Source: Patescibacteria group bacterium (lineage in GTDB: Bacteria > Patescibacteriota > Patescibacteriia > SG8-24). Taken from it: 64,000 nt of DNA. The stretch spans positions 351 to 64,350 of the forward strand of contig JBAYFM010000009.1 of assembly GCA_041667185.1 (NCBI GenBank). The letters are read 5' to 3'. Positions 63,810 to 64,000 of the stretch are shown here, piece by piece. How positions within the stretch are numbered: the stretch's first letter is position 1; every line of letters begins with the position of its first letter. The position numbers and the translations under genes were made by a program. The notes under the pieces are model-generated. The model was not told the origin of the DNA. It searched no databases and worked only from the letters and a program-made list of their open reading frames with translations.

Positions 63810-64000
63810 TTATCTGAGACTGGCACGCAGCTCTTCGACCCGTTCCCGGACGATGCTCGCGGCCGTGGCCTGGTCGCTTGCGGCTTCGAGACGCCGCGCA
63901 AGCACACTGTCGCCGATGACCTCCTGGACCCAGGCGGCGAAATCGTTCTTCTGGCCGCTCGCGTGGTAAGCGTAGATGTCCGCGTTCACGGCGGCGAGTC
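63810..64000 (-). CDS. 3' end of a gene continuing beyond the window (hypothetical)
   Basis: An open frame reads ...LAAVNADIYAYHASGQKNDFAAWVQEVIGDSVLARRLEAASDQATAASIVRERVEELRASLR, with stop TAA at 63810-63812. Confidence 0.3.
   Translation of the reverse strand, partial: LAAVNADIYAYHASGQKNDFAAWVQEVIGDSVLARRLEAASDQATAASIVRERVEELRASLR

Overview
This is a 64-kb, high-GC (roughly 60%+) window with compact, mostly minus-strand genes. The gene set fits a reduced-genome, cell-wall-containing bacterium, possibly Patescibacteria/CPR-like (inference from gene content only). Recognisable genes include a short-form YidC, an MraY/WecA-like GT4, MurF, PBP2, RarA and a sortase next to an LPKTG-anchored surface protein. 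There is also a multi-PAS histidine kinase with a single-domain receiver, and a class II (B12-dependent) ribonucleotide reductase next to a corrinoid adenosyltransferase. Proteases are abundant: M50 site-2, two S41 Ctp paralogs, HtrA and a YcbZ-type Lon-like protease. Other calls are a PiT-DUF47 phosphate transporter, GH57, acyl-CoA dehydrogenase, an SDR and a HAD hydrolase. Many small hypothetical secreted or membrane proteins carry internal tandem repeats. Two tRNAs are present (Glu-CUC, Pro-CGG). I found no rRNA, no CRISPR and no recognisable transposase or integrase.

The non-coding space is the most unusual part. It holds a dispersed family of palindromic arrays built from the octamer NGGAGTGC, with at least 12 copies or fragments; several carry an identical 42-nt palindromic core. 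A second structured element occurs three times immediately after terminators of small minus-strand genes and shows compensatory base changes in a hairpin. About 110-bp direct repeats flank an SDR gene, and a GGTGYCWGGCACC palindrome recurs in intergenic regions. A 19-nt direct duplicate of the tRNA-Glu 3' end lies 245 bp from the tRNA, enclosing a 240-nt segment with a tmRNA-like GGATTCGAAGGG motif. A complete promoter-RBS-49-codon ORF-terminator unit sits between two octamer-repeat copies. A 433-bp tandemly duplicated terminator+promoter+gene cassette shows mosaic divergence between its two genes. One small surface-protein gene contains perfect 33-bp x4 and 24-bp x3 tandem DNA repeats.

No complete known defense, secretion or mobile system could be supported. 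The candidate for something undescribed is the repeat and small-RNA-like architecture of the intergenic space, together with the small repeat-protein genes it flanks. Start codons were re-derived by eye where the ORF track began with TTG/GTG or ran into repeat sequence.
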